Shown here piece by piece: positions 32,905 to 34,628 of a stretch of DNA of 34,628 bases; within the stretch, counting starts at the first letter, position 1; each line of letters opens with the position of its first letter. The notes beneath the pieces are model-generated. The model was not told the origin of the DNA, did not search any database, and saw only the letters and a program-made list of their open reading frames with translations. Position numbers and translations under genes: made by a program. This stretch comes from Gammaproteobacteria bacterium (lineage in GTDB: Bacteria; Pseudomonadota; Gammaproteobacteria; J025): NCBI GenBank assembly GCA_003696645.1, contig RFGN01000738.1, positions 1-34,628 on the forward strand. Direction: 5' to 3'.

Positions 32905-33632
32905 GGCTTAGCACCCGTTGTATCAAGGCCCAGTGTCGCACGAAGGTCTTCTGTTGCGGATTCAATCAGACGGGTCATGGCACGATAGGCGGTGGTTGCC
33001 GATCCACGAACGATGGCATTGGCCACCGACTTATGCAAGGGCAATGATCGTTCGATCGGTTTAGGCACACGAGATGACACCGCATGGCTGATACGTAATG
33101 CCCCGAGCAGGATCTCACCCATCTGGCCAATCAATTCGTTGCCACAGGCACGGTAGATCGAACGGTGAAATTCGATATCCGCATTGAGGTATGCCTGAAG
33201 ATCGGTTCCCGCTTCAATCATGCCTTGCATCGCATCAGAGACAGCTTGAATCCCCCCCGGATCCCTCCGTTTGGCGGCCAACATCGCTGCAGAAGGTTCA
33301 ATCATCCGACGGGCCTCGACCACCTGCCGAAGCATGTCCTTCCTGCGCTCTGGGGCCTTGGCATGCCAAGCGATGACGTCGTCATCAAGCAGATTCCACC
33401 GGTCCCGTTCGGTCACCCGGGTACCGACGCGTTTTTTGGGCTCCACCAACCCCTTGGCTGCCAGCGTACGCATCGCCTCCCGTAGGACGCTACGACTGAC
33501 CCCCAATGTGGCGATCAGATCCTGTTCGTGCGGCAGCAAATCACCACTCGGATAGACACCGCGGATAATCCGCAACCCCACTTCGTGCTTGACACGTGCG
33601 TGCTGCGATTGCTGTCCTGTCTTGTTGACCAT
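32901..33632 (-). CDS. GntR/FadR-family transcriptional regulator (first gene of the operon)
   Basis: 243-aa ORF. It has the winged-HTH LPHEQDLIATLGVSRSVLREAMRTLAAKGLVEPKKRVGTRV and an all-helical FCD-type C-terminal domain. Confidence 0.85.
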   Translation of the reverse strand: MVNKTGQQSQHARVKHEVGLRIIRGVYPSGDLLPHEQDLIATLGVSRSVLREAMRTLAAKGLVEPKKRVGTRVTERDRWNLLDDDVIAWHAKAPERRKDMLRQVVEARRMIEPSAAMLAAKRRDPGGIQAVSDAMQGMIEAGTDLQAYLNADIEFHRSIYRACGNELIGQMGEILLGALRISHAVSSRVPKPIERSLPLHKSVANAIVRGSATTAYRAMTRLIESATEDLRATLGLDTTGAKP

Positions 33633-33641
33633 GGCTCCAGA

Positions 33642-33659
33642 ATAAAGTATGATTTATTT
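33642..33659. promoter_or_regulatory. Inverted repeat AATAAA-GTATGA-TTTATT in the divergent GntR/RraA spacer
   Basis: Read directly. It has perfect 6-bp arms and a 6-nt spacer and begins 10 bp upstream of the regulator ATG at 33632. It could be an operator or simply AT-rich promoter DNA. Confidence 0.3.
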
Positions 33660-33757
33660 GGACGCAAGGGGCCAGGAGCTTTTTCTGCTTCGCCTGTACC
33701 GAGTAGCACCTGTGCGACCGGTTATGTGACCGATACGCAGCAACCAGCATTCACTCT

Positions 33758-34483
33758 ATGGCAACACTCGATCACCATTCCTCATCCACCAACAAACCAC
33801 CCACAGAAGATGGCGAACGCTTTTCCTGGGCCAAAACCCACCTGTTTTCAGCGGTCATTGGCGACGTCATGGACACGATGGGGCTGCGCGATCAGTTTCT
33901 GCCACCGCAAATCCAGCCGTTGTCACCCGAAATGGTGGTAATTGGTCGAGCGATGCCTGTGTTGGAAGCGGATGATGAAGGCGGAGAAGGTCCTGGCAGA
34001 ATATGTGAAGCCTTGAACCAACCGTTCGGCTTGATGCTGCGGGCGTTGGATAACCTACGACCCAATGAAGTCTACATCTGTACGGGCTCTTCTCCCACTT
34101 ATGCTTTATGGGGCGAGCTGATGAGTACAGCGGCCAGAAACCGCGGAGCTGTCGGTGCGGTCGTCAACGGATACTCTCGTGATACTCGTGGTATCCTGAA
34201 GATTGGATTTCCGACTTTTTCCTACGGCCGATATGCTCAGGACCAACGTGTTCGCGGCAAGGTGATTGACTACCGGTGCCGGATACGAATCGGCCAGGTC
34301 ACGATTCAACCGGGTGATATGATCTTCGGCGATCTGGACGGCGTCTGTGTAGTACCACAACAGGCAGAAAACGATGTACTTGCTGCGGCATATGAAAAAG
34401 CGGTTGGCGAGAGACGCGTGTTTGAAGCCATTAAAAACGGCATGGGCGCCCAAGAAGCTTGGGATCGATTTGGGATCATGTAA
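33758..34483 (+). CDS. RraA / 4-hydroxy-4-methyl-2-oxoglutarate aldolase-family protein
   Basis: 241-aa ORF. It has the family blocks SAVIGDVMDTMGL and WGELMSTAARNRGAVGAVVNGYSRDTRGI (G..M...A...G..G.V..G..RD), plus DLDGVCVVP near the C-terminus. Confidence 0.8.
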   Translation: MATLDHHSSSTNKPPTEDGERFSWAKTHLFSAVIGDVMDTMGLRDQFLPPQIQPLSPEMVVIGRAMPVLEADDEGGEGPGRICEALNQPFGLMLRALDNLRPNEVYICTGSSPTYALWGELMSTAARNRGAVGAVVNGYSRDTRGILKIGFPTFSYGRYAQDQRVRGKVIDYRCRIRIGQVTIQPGDMIFGDLDGVCVVPQQAENDVLAAAYEKAVGERRVFEAIKNGMGAQEAWDRFGIM

Positions 34484-34525
34484 CCATGCCCGGCTAAATA
34501 CAGGACGGACACGCGTAACCAAGTA

Positions 34526-34628
34526 TTACCCCTTGACCGCCCCACTGGTCAGCCCGGCTATAAACTCCCTCTGCAACGCGAAAAACAGCACCGCGACAGG
34601 AAACACCGACAGCAGCGTCCCCGCCATC
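34526..34628 (-). CDS. Partial CDS: C-terminus of a carbohydrate ABC transporter permease (continues beyond the window)
   Basis: The reverse strand translates to ...MAGTLLSVFPVAVLFFALQREFIAGLTSGAVKG*, a typical MalG/CUT1 permease C-terminal tail. The stop codon is at 34526-34528. Confidence 0.6.
   Translation of the reverse strand, partial: MAGTLLSVFPVAVLFFALQREFIAGLTSGAVKG

Noticed and set aside
1-34628. Mobile elements, integrases, toxin-antitoxin pairs, defence systems, CRISPR arrays, tRNA/rRNA genes.
   Set aside because: I found no ORF with transposase, integrase, nuclease or defence hallmarks, no direct-repeat arrays and no tRNA-like cloverleaf candidates in the spacers. The island appears purely metabolic and surface-related. 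The only MITE-like possibility is noted at 15349-15471.

Overview
This 34.6-kb window is a carbohydrate-utilisation island. All family calls come from reading motifs by eye, not from searches. The organism looks like a PVC-superphylum bacterium (Planctomycetota/Phycisphaerae-, Lentisphaerota- or Kiritimatiellota-like). Three things point that way: a prepilin-type H-X9-DG/DUF1559 protein, two PEP-CTERM proteins (one carrying planctomycete-style dockerin repeats), and large secreted beta-helix proteins. I count 28 complete CDS plus one partial CDS. I saw no rRNA, tRNA, CRISPR array, transposase or integrase.

Layout:
- 287-10080: glycan-attack genes. These are a cytoplasmic GH95-like hydrolase, a secreted beta-helix protein, a GH2 enzyme and a secreted metzincin-cadherin-ricin protein.
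- 10456-12432: tandem PEP-CTERM paralogues.
- 12808-15219: a second beta-helix paralogue.
- 15601-20491: a plus-strand operon of SIS(UPF0309-like), SDR, FAD oxidoreductase, atypical ROK and phosphotriesterase-like hydrolase.
- 20515-26250: a LacI-type regulator and a minus-strand operon of pseudopilin-like H-X9-DG protein, lipoprotein SBP and two permeases.
- 26584-33632: an eight-gene minus-strand operon whose first six genes are linked by ATGA/GTGA overlaps, running GntR/FadR, MBL hydrolase, SDR, enolase-superfamily, SDR, NIPSNAP, leaderless SBP-fold protein, enolase-superfamily.
- 33758-34483: a divergent RraA/HMG-aldolase-family gene.
- 34526-34628: the 3' end of another sugar ABC permease.

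The coding DNA looks GC-rich and is separated by long AT-rich spacers of about 260-540 bp. These spacers carry a recurring GTTAA-N-TTAAC palindrome family and other repeats.

The most interesting candidates are:
- the two catabolic operons, which are built largely from poorly characterised families;
- the PEP-CTERM pair that differs by a clean dockerin-module insertion;
- the pseudopilin-led ABC importer operon;
- the shared intergenic palindrome, a candidate regulon signal.
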